Of a DNA stretch of 49,498 nucleotides, positions 28,012-36,369 are shown one piece after another; the first letter of the stretch is position 1, and each line of letters starts with the position of its first letter. The DNA is taken from positions 1 through 49,498 of IMG/VR virus record IMGVR_UViG_3300036798_000539, one strand, 5' to 3'. Made by a program: the position numbers and the translations under genes. This DNA comes from a virus. Taxonomy: Duplodnaviria; Caudoviricetes. Under the pieces are notes generated by a model. That model saw nothing but the letters and a program-made list of their open reading frames with translations. It made no database searches and was not told the origin of the DNA.

Positions 28012-29316
28012 TTAGTATCCCTCATAGTTTCCTAAGCCGATAGCTACTCCGTAAGAAAAGCAATCGAGCAAATCATCCTGCCGGTCCTCAACATCACCAA
28101 TACGAAAACCTAGAATCTGTCCAAGAAAATGATTCTTGGTAACCTGTTTATACGTAATGACACGATTATAGGCCGTTTCCAGAATTTTAACCTTACCCTG
28201 AAACACATAGCCGCTCACATTAATGGCCCTTTCGGCCTTTCCTAGCTGTGTGAGTTTTTGGGGAAGCTCGCTTGCCGGGAAGTTCTTCCGTCGCGCTTGC
28301 TGTAGCAGAATTGACCCACTTGCCTTGTCTTCGATAAAGCATCCACGATGGCCGAGCCTGCTTCCGCACTTTGAGGCGTATTCCTCCAGATTCCGATACA
28401 CGACGGGTAACCATAGCTCCAACATGCTCCCCTCTATTTGAAGGTACTCATAATCAATGATTTTGAGCCAGTGCTCATCACCTAGCTGTTCATACGCCCA
28501 ATAGATGCAGCCGGTGCCATCGGCTTCTTTACCGGTCTTAACTGCCGTATCAAGAGTAGCAAAGACGTAAAAACATCGTTCTGGATACGATTCAGGTTTC
28601 CCATTAGAAAGCAGGTTATCCAAGCTGAAAAACGCTTCTCCAGACCAATCCACAAACTCTGCAAGATATTCTTGAGCGTAAACAAGCGGATGGTTATCCT
28701 CTTTTAGTCGTGCGAGTTCGTCGGCCGGGAGAAACGGGTTGCTGTGTGAAGGGGCGTGATATTCAACGAAGCCATATTCTGAGAGGTTACAGATGCGCCA
28801 GAAGAGGTTTTCCTCATTGATGCCATTCGTATTCGATGCGATGATCGCCGCGCCACGGAAATCAAGTAGCGTTGGTCGTATGGCTTTCGTCCAAATATCA
28901 ATAGCATTAGGTTTCGTAAACGCAGCTTCATCAATAATAGCGAGGTGGTAACGCCTGGAACGACCCGCTTTTTCATCTTCCAAGGTCCAAAGCTCAATTC
29001 GTCCGCCTGTTGTCGTATGTAGAATCCCAAGATTACGAGAAGAAGAGCGCACAGCAGGTTCAAGAGTAAGCTCATTCTCACTATACGCCTCGGAAGCATA
29101 ACGATAGTTGGGAACAAACCATCCTACTTGTGCGCCCTTAGCCGCGAAGTCACAAGCAATAGTTTTCAGGAATGAAGTCTTCCCCCATCGTCGTCCACAC
29201 CGCAATGCCTTAAATCTACCGGGGAGAAGAAATGCGTCAATCTGTCCGCTATGAAGCTGCGGTAGAACGATGACTCGCTCGTCACTAGCTCGTGGAAAGT
29301 CTATTACAACGCCCAT
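28012..29316 (-). CDS. terL: Terminase large subunit
   Basis: Walker A CGRRWGKT, Walker B AIIDEAA, nuclease motifs LDTA and DDLLD. Confidence 0.92.
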   Translation of the reverse strand: MGVVIDFPRASDERVIVLPQLHSGQIDAFLLPGRFKALRCGRRWGKTSFLKTIACDFAAKGAQVGWFVPNYRYASEAYSENELTLEPAVRSSSRNLGILHTTTGGRIELWTLEDEKAGRSRRYHLAIIDEAAFTKPNAIDIWTKAIRPTLLDFRGAAIIASNTNGINEENLFWRICNLSEYGFVEYHAPSHSNPFLPADELARLKEDNHPLVYAQEYLAEFVDWSGEAFFSLDNLLSNGKPESYPERCFYVFATLDTAVKTGKEADGTGCIYWAYEQLGDEHWLKIIDYEYLQIEGSMLELWLPVVYRNLEEYASKCGSRLGHRGCFIEDKASGSILLQQARRKNFPASELPQKLTQLGKAERAINVSGYVFQGKVKILETAYNRVITYKQVTKNHFLGQILGFRIGDVEDRQDDLLDCFSYGVAIGLGNYEGY

Positions 29317-29528
29317 TCTTTACCTGCGAAGTGGGGAAGCCGAGGCGGGGGTTGAATCGACGGCTTCCCCCTTACCGGGCATTAGCTGGCCAGGGGACGG
29401 GGCTAATGTGCCGGAATGTCGTGCACCTGTTGTAGACTTTGGATCCACATGAGGATTCTTCTGCACAAACAGATGCGATGGTGCGAGCATTAGATGAGGA
29501 GCGGAGTAGAGGGTACTAACCATGAGGC

Positions 29529-29557
29529 TTGCACTCTAGGTTGCTACTGTGTATAAT
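29529..29557 (+). promoter_or_regulatory. Sigma70-like promoter
   Basis: TTGCAC-N17-TATAAT with TG extension. Confidence 0.7.
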
Positions 29558-29581
29558 GCTTTACAAGTTAACGGAGTAGTT

Positions 29582-29902
29582 ATGGGCCACTTTAGATTTC
29601 ATAGGAGTCTTGGCAACAAGTTCGTAAGGCTAAATGTGTCTAAGACAGGTTTGAGCCTAACGAGCGGTGTTCCTGGTGCCCATCTTAACGTACCGTTGAT
29701 AGGGCGCAGACGCCGTATGATGGTGACTACCAGCTTACCTGGGACTGGATTGTCTTACCGGCAACCGATTGGTAATCCAATTGGTCGTCGGTCTATTAGC
29801 TCATCAAATCAAAGCTCACCAGTAACCGGGATGGCATACGCTCTTGTATTTATCTTCCAATTTCTTGTCGGCGCAGCCATACTATGGTGGATATTCTCAT
29901 GA
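29582..29902 (+). CDS. DUF4236-like protein with C-terminal transmembrane helix
   Basis: FRFHRSLG..VRLNVSKTGLS...TTSLPGTGLSY signature; RBS GGAG. Confidence 0.7.
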   Translation: MGHFRFHRSLGNKFVRLNVSKTGLSLTSGVPGAHLNVPLIGRRRRMMVTTSLPGTGLSYRQPIGNPIGRRSISSSNQSSPVTGMAYALVFIFQFLVGAAILWWIFS

Positions 29903-30345
29903 GCCTAATTGTCATACCACTTGTAATCGTCTTTGTATTCTGCATCACGATGGTAGTCGGTGGTGTAGCGATTATGATTGCAATCAGAATTTTTCAGGGT
30001 CTAATTTATCTACTATGGGGTGCTGTGATAGCGACTGATTGGTGCTGGCGTAAGAAACAACCATTAATTGGAAGTTTGCTTCTTTTCATGATTGTTTTTG
30101 TAATTTCGTTTATTCTCTTTATCACGCACTTGATACCAGTGGACTACGCAGGGAATAGCATTATCGCTGGAATTCTAATTGTGTTCTTAGCCTTACCGGT
30201 ACAAATTTGGATGTGGATCCGTCAATTTATGGACTGGAAAAGAGGGCCTGAACCGGTAATAGGGAGAAACCCAATCCAGGCCGAGTTTATAAGAGAGGTT
30301 ACGCTGGTCCAGAACGCTGAAGGAGTGTACGTTCCAAATGGTTGA
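29884..30345 (+). CDS. Multi-pass membrane protein
   Basis: Three to four hydrophobic segments; probable start is the ATGA overlap at 29899. Confidence 0.6.
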   Translation: MVDILMSLIVIPLVIVFVFCITMVVGGVAIMIAIRIFQGLIYLLWGAVIATDWCWRKKQPLIGSLLLFMIVFVISFILFITHLIPVDYAGNSIIAGILIVFLALPVQIWMWIRQFMDWKRGPEPVIGRNPIQAEFIREVTLVQNAEGVYVPNG

Positions 30346-30499
30346 TAAACACAAAGTCAACTACTTGAAGGCGTGGCTCAAACGTAGGCGTATGAAAGGC
30401 ATCGAGCCGAATGCGAACGCGACCTGGGCAAAGATTAAAGAAACTTGGCCAACCCTTCCTACAGAAGAATGGAAAGCACTATTTCAGGAAGTGAAGTGA
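30338..30499 (+). CDS. Small hypothetical protein (53 aa)
   Basis: Own translation MVDKHKVNYLKAWLKRRRMKGIEP...; AGGAG upstream. Confidence 0.45.
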   Translation: MVDKHKVNYLKAWLKRRRMKGIEPNANATWAKIKETWPTLPTEEWKALFQEVK

Positions 30500-30504
30500 T
30501 GAGT

Positions 30505-30819
30505 CTAAGGTGCAGGATCGAGGCCGTTGCCCTTCGGCTTAGATTCTATGTTCGCGTGCACCGGCATGATGATATTCGTACCCGGTAATGCAGGAAGCCC
30601 ACCTTCAATGCGAATTGTAACACCAGCAGTGACGTCTTGCGTGATCTGCGCTAGCCGGGGATGCATGTACACAGAAACCTTGGACGCAGCTTCAATGCGT
30701 ACAGACATCGGTAACCGATGGTCCTGGTATACAGCAACCAAGAAGTCCTGTGGGGACAGGTCTGCTTTGTTGTATGCAGGTTGTGGTTCAAGGATTTCTG
30801 ATTCTGTTTGTTTGGCCAA
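30505..30819 (-). CDS. terS: Terminase small subunit
   Basis: SPQDFLVAVYQD...RIEAA...YMHPRL pattern; same strand as and upstream of TerL. Confidence 0.65.
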   Translation of the reverse strand: MAKQTESEILEPQPAYNKADLSPQDFLVAVYQDHRLPMSVRIEAASKVSVYMHPRLAQITQDVTAGVTIRIEGGLPALPGTNIIMPVHANIESKPKGNGLDPAP

Positions 30820-31030
30820 AGGGAATGCTTCGCACTTCCGGCGGATTTACCGGGGTGAGGATGTGGACGTGGCACTGAGCACTGCGTCCACTGGGAGCCG
30901 AGACAAAGTCAGTGCAAAAACGAGTCTTATGGCCCATACCACAGCTTGTATGTTGAATGCAAGGGGGTACAAGGTCCAATGATTATTAAAGTGGTGCGGC
31001 AGAACGCCGCAGGCAACAGAAATGGAGTAA

Positions 31031-31264
31031 ATGATGGCTGACCCTACCGAAGAGATTCGGCGTGCTATGCTTGCGACCGGACAACCAAAGCGTGATTTGA
31101 AACAGGCAAAAGATAAATGGACGACTGAGGAACTTGGCAAAGATTTTGAGGTGCTTGGATTTCTTGCTCCGTTTGTCGTCGTTCGTCGTAAAGTTGATGG
31201 CGTAAAAGGTTCTATGGAGTTTACGCATTCACCGCGTGTTTATTTTGGCTTCAAACCCGAGTAG
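31031..31264 (+). CDS. Phage hypothetical protein
   Basis: RBS GGAG; WTTEEL..DFEVLGFLAPFVVVRRK.DG.KGS.EF.H.PR.YF. Confidence 0.65.
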   Translation: MMADPTEEIRRAMLATGQPKRDLKQAKDKWTTEELGKDFEVLGFLAPFVVVRRKVDGVKGSMEFTHSPRVYFGFKPE

Positions 31265-31273
31265 CAGGAGAAG

Positions 31274-31663
31274 ATGATGGCTGATAATAACAAAGACGAT
31301 CTTACCAAGCCGACCCTGCCTGGAACTCCCGACTTTATGGCCCGCCTGCGTGACAACATTAGTCATAGTGATCTTACGCCACGCGCCCCTCCGGTTCCTC
31401 CGGCTGATGTCCCTGAGGAAGTGAAGAAATATGCCCCTCTTGCGATTAGGCGTGAGCAGAAGAATAAAACGAGAAACCAGACGATTGCTGAGTTCATACT
31501 CTCACTGCCTTACCGGGAAGCCATGGCGATGGGGGCTGGAATTATGGAAAAAATGGAAGAAGCGGAAGGTAGACCAACTGTAGAACAGTTGACCAAAGCG
31601 ATCCAAGACTGGGCTTGGAATTGGGAAATATTTGAGGATGAAGAAAGACCAAAGCAGGAATAG
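31274..31663 (+). CDS. Hypothetical protein
   Basis: ORF with RBS AGGAG, in an operon. Confidence 0.6.
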   Translation: MMADNNKDDLTKPTLPGTPDFMARLRDNISHSDLTPRAPPVPPADVPEEVKKYAPLAIRREQKNKTRNQTIAEFILSLPYREAMAMGAGIMEKMEEAEGRPTVEQLTKAIQDWAWNWEIFEDEERPKQE

Positions 31664-31668
31664 CAACC

Positions 31669-31866
31669 ATGGTCGTTAGCAACCTAACAGCCGAAAAGAT
31701 TTATGAAGTGGTGAAGAAACACGTAACTGACCAGCAGATGCGTGCCATTCTAAAATCACTCATGACGGTGCCTGGAAATAAATCATTCCGTGAAACTGTG
31801 GAAAAGCTGTGGGAACTTGACGCCGTTAACCGGTGTGAACCAAAGAAAGGAACTTCGGATGTTTAG
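31669..31866 (+). CDS. Hypothetical protein
   Basis: ORF track, operon packing. Confidence 0.5.
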   Translation: MVVSNLTAEKIYEVVKKHVTDQQMRAILKSLMTVPGNKSFRETVEKLWELDAVNRCEPKKGTSDV

Positions 31867-32110
31867 AGAACGATCTGAGATCATCTCTTACACCAAGGAT
31901 GACATAGAACGGATTTGCCGATATATGGCTCAGCAGCATATCATAGGTCATATGTTCATCGGCAAATTTGGCGAGCAGGAAGTCCGATGGCGACCAGATG
32001 GAGGCGTGGAGGTAATTACGAAGTACGTTCAGGGTGGTTGGGAAGATGTTCCCCAATATGCCGGTGATGAGCAATTGGCTCTGCCCAAGAGGAAGAAGAA
32101 AGATAAGTGA
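31859..32110 (+). CDS. Hypothetical protein
   Basis: Start MFRERSE after AAGGA; GTGA overlap with the next gene. Confidence 0.5.
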   Translation: MFRERSEIISYTKDDIERICRYMAQQHIIGHMFIGKFGEQEVRWRPDGGVEVITKYVQGGWEDVPQYAGDEQLALPKRKKKDK

Positions 32111-32484
32111 AATCACGCGTATATGTGAATGTATTATCTTTGAATGAAGGCCGTCACTATTTGGGTGACGGTCTTGGTATTCATGTGCAAAAGAATGGTA
32201 AGAGAAGATGGTTTCATCGGTATACGAGCCCTTTGACCCATAGAGTGACTGAAACCGGGTTGGGAAGTTGGCCGGTCATCGCTCTACGTGAGGCTCGTGT
32301 TATGGCTTTTAAGAACCAGCAATTGATAAAGATGGGTGTTGATCCTGTTCATGAGAAGAGGGTGCATAGGGGTTTAGTGAAAAGGAAGCGCAGGGCTAGG
32401 ATTAGGGCTCGTATATCTAGACTATCTAGAAAGAATGAAAAGGAGTTGTGGTTAGTTTATTGGGATGATTTGGTTAAAGGATAG
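32107..32484 (+). CDS. Stand-alone integrase arm-type DNA-binding domain (DUF4102-like); no catalytic domain
   Basis: GRHYLGDGLGIHV...RRWFHRY...GLGSWPVIALREAR...GVDP is the N-terminal arm domain of P4-like tyrosine integrases. Confidence 0.75.
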   Translation: MKSRVYVNVLSLNEGRHYLGDGLGIHVQKNGKRRWFHRYTSPLTHRVTETGLGSWPVIALREARVMAFKNQQLIKMGVDPVHEKRVHRGLVKRKRRARIRARISRLSRKNEKELWLVYWDDLVKG

Positions 32485-32532
32485 AGGTTTGAGGTTTGGG
32501 GTTTGTGGGTAGAGGTATAAGGGTAGGGGTTA
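32484..32532 (+). repeat. Seven degenerate G-rich 7-mers
   Basis: GAGGTTT GAGGTTT GGGGTTT GTGGGTA GAGGTAT AAGGGTA GGGGTTA. Confidence 0.6.
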
Positions 32533-32770
32533 GTTTTTCTTCTCATAATATTATAGGATTTCGAGTCTCCAACTTGGGTGATGGGTTTATAGGCCGAAAC
32601 GAGATTTTGACTGTGATTTCGTGTTATGCGGTACCATCGCACTCCCCAAAGCACTATAACTATAGTGCTATAAGCTATAGCTTATGACTATAGTTATATA
32701 GTTATATCACATAGCACAGCATCTATGCATATATGCATTAGAGGTATACCAAAATAGCATGTAAAGCATA

Positions 32771-32799
32771 TTGCATTTGACAATAGCATATGCCATATT
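32771..32799 (+). promoter_or_regulatory. Sigma70-like promoter bracketed by inverted TGTAAAG/CTTTACA boxes
   Basis: TTGCAT-N17-CATATT; also contains TTGACA. Confidence 0.55.
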
Positions 32800-32872
32800 A
32801 CTTTACATGGTGGTAGGCAATAACGCCTCCGCCTCACCCGGCCCAAAGGGCCACATACTAGGAGTTGGTAAA

Positions 32873-33211
32873 ATGGTACGCAAGTCAGCAAAGTTGGCCA
32901 CCGCACAGGATACCACTGTTACGGAGGCAACCGCTACTCCCGTCGAGGCTACTGTTGTGCAGGAGCCAACGGCAAAGCCGGTTCGCTATGCGCCCAAGTC
33001 GGTGCTCACCCCAAATGCTCGCATCGCCTACGTTGCGGCAAACGGCAAAAAGGGCAAAAGCCGTGACCGGTTTGCCCTGTACACGGTGGGCATGACGGTA
33101 GGTGAGTACATTGCCGCCGTTAAGGAGCGCAACTGGAGCTATGGCCGCGAGGACATACGCTGGGATGTGCAGCATGGCCTTATTGCCCTGGAGGCGCCCG
33201 CCGCGGAGTAA
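32873..33211 (+). CDS. Early hypothetical protein, possibly DNA-binding
   Basis: RBS AGGAG; NGKKGKSRDRFALY..GMTVGEY...DIRWD...GLI. Confidence 0.7.
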   Translation: MVRKSAKLATAQDTTVTEATATPVEATVVQEPTAKPVRYAPKSVLTPNARIAYVAANGKKGKSRDRFALYTVGMTVGEYIAAVKERNWSYGREDIRWDVQHGLIALEAPAAE

Positions 33212-33231
33212 CGGGCTCCCATACAAAAACT

Positions 33232-33258
33232 AGGCACCGGGAAACCGGTGCCTTTTTT
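33232..33258 (+). terminator. Rho-independent terminator
   Basis: AGGCACCGG-GAAA-CCGGTGCCT followed by a T tract. Confidence 0.85.
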
Positions 33259-33334
33259 GTTGCCTGAAATAACCAGATTGTGGTACATTGGCAGTAGGCC
33301 GGTACCATTCAGCAAACCTAAGGAGATCCAAGCG

Positions 33335-33697
33335 ATGAACTACCCGAGCAACATGCCAATCGCGCCGAGCGCGACGGTCAGGCATGTCATTGCCTTTCGG
33401 CGATGCAAGCCATTTGAACTGAATGCTACGGTTCGAATTATAAGCACTCATAATCCATGGCGTCCACACTCGCGCGCATGGAATCTGTTCGAATACGTCC
33501 TGCGTATGAAAACAACCACGACAATCCGAGGCATCTTGGACGATGCCGAAGCAATCGGCTATTACCGGGCAGATACAATGCGTCATCTTCGATGGCTCTA
33601 TACTTGGGGTGACTTCATTGAAATCAACGGCCAACGGTATTTCCCTGAGGTTCAGGAGCCGGTGATAGCGAAACCAAGGAAATCTAAGCGATCCTAA
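33335..33697 (+). CDS. Hypothetical protein, probable distant paralog of 32873-33211
   Basis: RBS AAGGAG; promoter TTGCCT-N18-TACATT at 33260-33289; NPWRPHSRAW..F...HLRWLY..G.FIEI. Confidence 0.65.
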   Translation: MNYPSNMPIAPSATVRHVIAFRRCKPFELNATVRIISTHNPWRPHSRAWNLFEYVLRMKTTTTIRGILDDAEAIGYYRADTMRHLRWLYTWGDFIEINGQRYFPEVQEPVIAKPRKSKRS

Positions 33698-33720
33698 TCG
33701 GCAACCAATGGAGTAGGACT

Positions 33721-33867
33721 ATGGCTATCTTGAAACTGAAACTTACCAATGGTGAACAGCAATTCATCAGGTATCGTACGTTGCGCGCCGCACGGCTCGC
33801 AGCAACGTTTCTTAATCGGTCAGGAAACGCAATCGTCTATGCGTGGGCTTACAGGAGTGTGATATGA
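33721..33867 (+). CDS. Small hypothetical protein (48 aa)
   Basis: Own translation MAILKLKLTNGEQQFIRYRTLRAAR...; RBS; ATGA overlap. Confidence 0.5.
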   Translation: MAILKLKLTNGEQQFIRYRTLRAARLAATFLNRSGNAIVYAWAYRSVI

Positions 33868-34085
33868 AATTAACACTCATCGAAATGTTCCGTGAATTGG
33901 ACAACTCGTCCAAGCGGCATTTGATGCGATGCGTTGTCGATAATATGATCGAGGCGTACAACACCGCAGACCCATTCAGTGCAGAAGACCGTGCCAAGGA
34001 TATGCTTAGCTTTCTTGTTTCGCATCTTGGTATAGAAGATGTTGAGGAGCTCGTGCAAGAGATGCATGGAGGAGAACTGTCATGA
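33864..34085 (+). CDS. Hypothetical protein
   Basis: RBS AGGAG; ATGA overlaps at both ends. Confidence 0.6.
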   Translation: MKLTLIEMFRELDNSSKRHLMRCVVDNMIEAYNTADPFSAEDRAKDMLSFLVSHLGIEDVEELVQEMHGGELS

Positions 34086-34312
34086 AGAAAATAGCCTTGA
34101 CCATAGCCGGGTTGTTCGCAGCGTTCGTAATCGTCACAGCTATCGTCGGATTGATGAATGAGCCATACGATTGCAAACATCAGCAATGGCAAATTGCTGA
34201 ATGGATAAAAATAGGGGATGAATGGGGAGATGATAAGATTGGAGTCGAGTCAGCTAAGAAAAGGGAAATTGAAGCGACACAAGAATTTCTTGATCACGGC
34301 TGTGCAGATTGA
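34082..34312 (+). CDS. Hypothetical protein with N-terminal transmembrane/signal segment
   Basis: MKKIALTIAGLFAAFVIVTAIVG. Confidence 0.6.
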   Translation: MKKIALTIAGLFAAFVIVTAIVGLMNEPYDCKHQQWQIAEWIKIGDEWGDDKIGVESAKKREIEATQEFLDHGCAD

Positions 34313-34383
34313 TTGCAAGCCCATGCATCTCTAATCGGGTGCATGTTCGTGCAATTCCGCACGGTAACGGAAGGAATAAGGTA

Positions 34384-34698
34384 ATGGCATTCAAAGCCAA
34401 AGGAATGAGAGGCTCGTGGTACGCAGAAGTGGATGGTGTTCTCTATCCATGTGTTCATAAACATTGGTGGATTCACAAGCATGGTATCTACCACGACCCG
34501 TACATCCCACGAAATACTGAAAGACCAGAATACCGAGCGAAATATCTCGAGATTCTGCATGCAATGAAGCGTGTGGTCTTAGCTGATAGTGGAAAACCAC
34601 CAGCGTTCGTTCGTAAATCGTACATCGGTCTTTTTGAGATTGATGATATCGATACCTCAAACGGGTTGACATTTCGCATCACAAAACGAGTAGCGTAA
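34384..34698 (+). CDS. Hypothetical protein
   Basis: Start MAFKAKG after AAGG; followed by a terminator. Confidence 0.6.
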   Translation: MAFKAKGMRGSWYAEVDGVLYPCVHKHWWIHKHGIYHDPYIPRNTERPEYRAKYLEILHAMKRVVLADSGKPPAFVRKSYIGLFEIDDIDTSNGLTFRITKRVA

Positions 34699-34727
34699 GG
34701 AAAAGGACCGAAAGGTCCTTTTCTTTT
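34699..34727. terminator. Rho-independent terminator, potentially bidirectional
   Basis: GAAAAGGACC-GAAA-GGTCCTTTTC with flanking A and T tracts. Confidence 0.8.
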
Positions 34728-34767
34728 GACCTAAAAATCATGGAAAAGAATTCCAAGATAAAAAGTC

Positions 34768-34991
34768 TTGGAAAACATTAATTTCCAGGATTTGGTCATT
34801 TTCAAGTCATTTCAATGGTGAATCGTCCTCCCATCATCGTCCAATTCGCGATAACCGGTGAAATTCGGTCAGTTTCGGGTCATTTTGACCTCGTTTCAAG
34901 GATTTCTAAGCGATCTTGGAAAACATTAATTTCCAGGATTTCTAAGCGATCTTTGCTAAGATTTCATGGATATGGAATTCTAAGCGATTCC
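34768..34991. repeat. Direct-repeat cluster (iteron-like)
   Basis: TTGGAAAACATTAATTTCCAGGATTT twice (~34768, ~34916) and TTCTAAGCGAT three times (~34904, ~34940, ~34978). Confidence 0.7.
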
Positions 34992-35016
34992 AATCGCATG
35001 ATAGCCGGTGATGGAG

Positions 35017-35250
35017 CTAGTCCTCGAGTTCTTGGAGAATCGAATGGTGGATCGCGGGAGTGTCGTCGAACTCCACGGATAATGCGTCTAGTTGTACGGA
35101 GATGCTCATCATCGCAATGGATCGATGTGCGCAATCTGGTGCTAGCTCCACGGCCATCGTTGAACAGACCGCACTGAGCGCGGATAAGGTTTCGCTTAAG
35201 CCGTGTGCTTGGACAAGGGTTTTCAATAGGAGGAGGTCGTGCTCGTTCAT
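35017..35250 (-). CDS. Hypothetical protein
   Basis: 77-aa ORF with plausible helical composition; weak RBS. Confidence 0.4.
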   Translation of the reverse strand: MNEHDLLLLKTLVQAHGLSETLSALSAVCSTMAVELAPDCAHRSIAMMSISVQLDALSVEFDDTPAIHHSILQELED

Positions 35251-35329
35251 CGGGGAGGGGTCCTATAGTAATGGTTTTATGTGAATAATTATATGGCAAT
35301 AACCGTGGTGATTGCAAGGGGGAATGGCA

Positions 35330-35600
35330 GTTTTGCACAGGTACATATAGGATGTCTAAGCGATCGTGTACAGTTTTAACAGGGTTTCTTTTAACATACG
35401 CGGGTAGCACATGTGCGCGAGATTTTGTAATGAAATCGCGACGTACAAACTGTACAAACCGTTCGCGGAAACGCGCGCGTATATTACTACTTACAGATCT
35501 CAAAACTACTGTACAACATCCTGTACATTGTACGCCAAGTACGTTTTGTACACGATGTACAGACCAAAAACCACGCTGTACAAACTGTACTTCATATACT
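35330..35600. repeat. GTAC/TGTACA-rich non-coding region, putative replication origin
   Basis: More than ten GTAC cores, many as TGTACA, including GTACAAACTGTAC twice. Confidence 0.55.
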
Positions 35601-35645
35601 CTACCCATGCACCAATAACATACCTCACATAGTGCTGACGAGTCG

Positions 35646-36179
35646 CTACATAACCTGCAACGTATGTATTGGAACCGTAACCCGACATAACGGAGTATCC
35701 ACAACACACCGATTATGCCCAACAAGTTTGACGACGACCGCCCTAATATCCTGCACCGGCAAATGAACCATAACCCGCACACCCGGAGAATATGGATTAA
35801 CATAGCGAACCTCCCTCACTAATTCATCTGCTACTTCCAACTTCCGCAACCGCTCCACGACATATCCCGGTATAGCCTCAATTTTCCCACCAAACCGAAC
35901 CCACCGTGCACTAACCGGCAAGCTGACAGGACCCCTTACATCCTGATCACGTATTCGTAAGAATACATAACCAGGATACACTGGTCTTATCATCTCTCTG
36001 GCTTTCCGCACGCCATGCGGCCTACCAATCCGTGTATACCGAGGATAGTAACACTCAATACCAGGGTAATGTGTCCCTAATAACTCAATATAACCCCGTT
36101 GTTTTAATGGATTTAACTTAAGTAATGACCAGTAAGCGTGAGCAAACTGGTCATTACTTAAGTGGGGATCATTGAGCAT
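35646..36179 (-). CDS. NusG/RfaH-family transcription (anti)termination factor
   Basis: NGN motifs W.LL...IECYYP...RPVYPGYVFL...VRFGG....IP..VVERLR, plus a KOW-like C-terminus (PGVRVMV); start moved to MLNDP. Confidence 0.8.
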   Translation of the reverse strand: MLNDPHLSNDQFAHAYWSLLKLNPLKQRGYIELLGTHYPGIECYYPRYTRIGRPHGVRKAREMIRPVYPGYVFLRIRDQDVRGPVSLPVSARWVRFGGKIEAIPGYVVERLRKLEVADELVREVRYVNPYSPGVRVMVHLPVQDIRAVVVKLVGHNRCVVDTPLCRVTVPIHTLQVM

Positions 36180-36369
36180 AGCATCCGCTCCATGCTTAGA
36201 CTCTATAAGACGAAGGGTCTGTATTAACTCACCGGTTATCCCGGTATCTAGTCCTCCGCCCAAAGCGCCCGATAAGATGTGTCTCACATCAATTCCCTCT
36301 ACCACTACAATTATAACACACAATTCTATGACCCACAACCACGCATTGACAAGTCTTAGCTATCACCGG

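Noticed and set aside
32107-32484. Functional integrase or prophage boundary
   Set aside because: No catalytic R-H-x-x-R-Y domain, no att-like repeat, and no host genes in the window.
34815-35803. ORFs 34964-35803 (-) and 34815-35177 (+)
   Set aside because: Atypical C/R/V-rich composition arising from the repeat region, overlap with better features, and no RBS.
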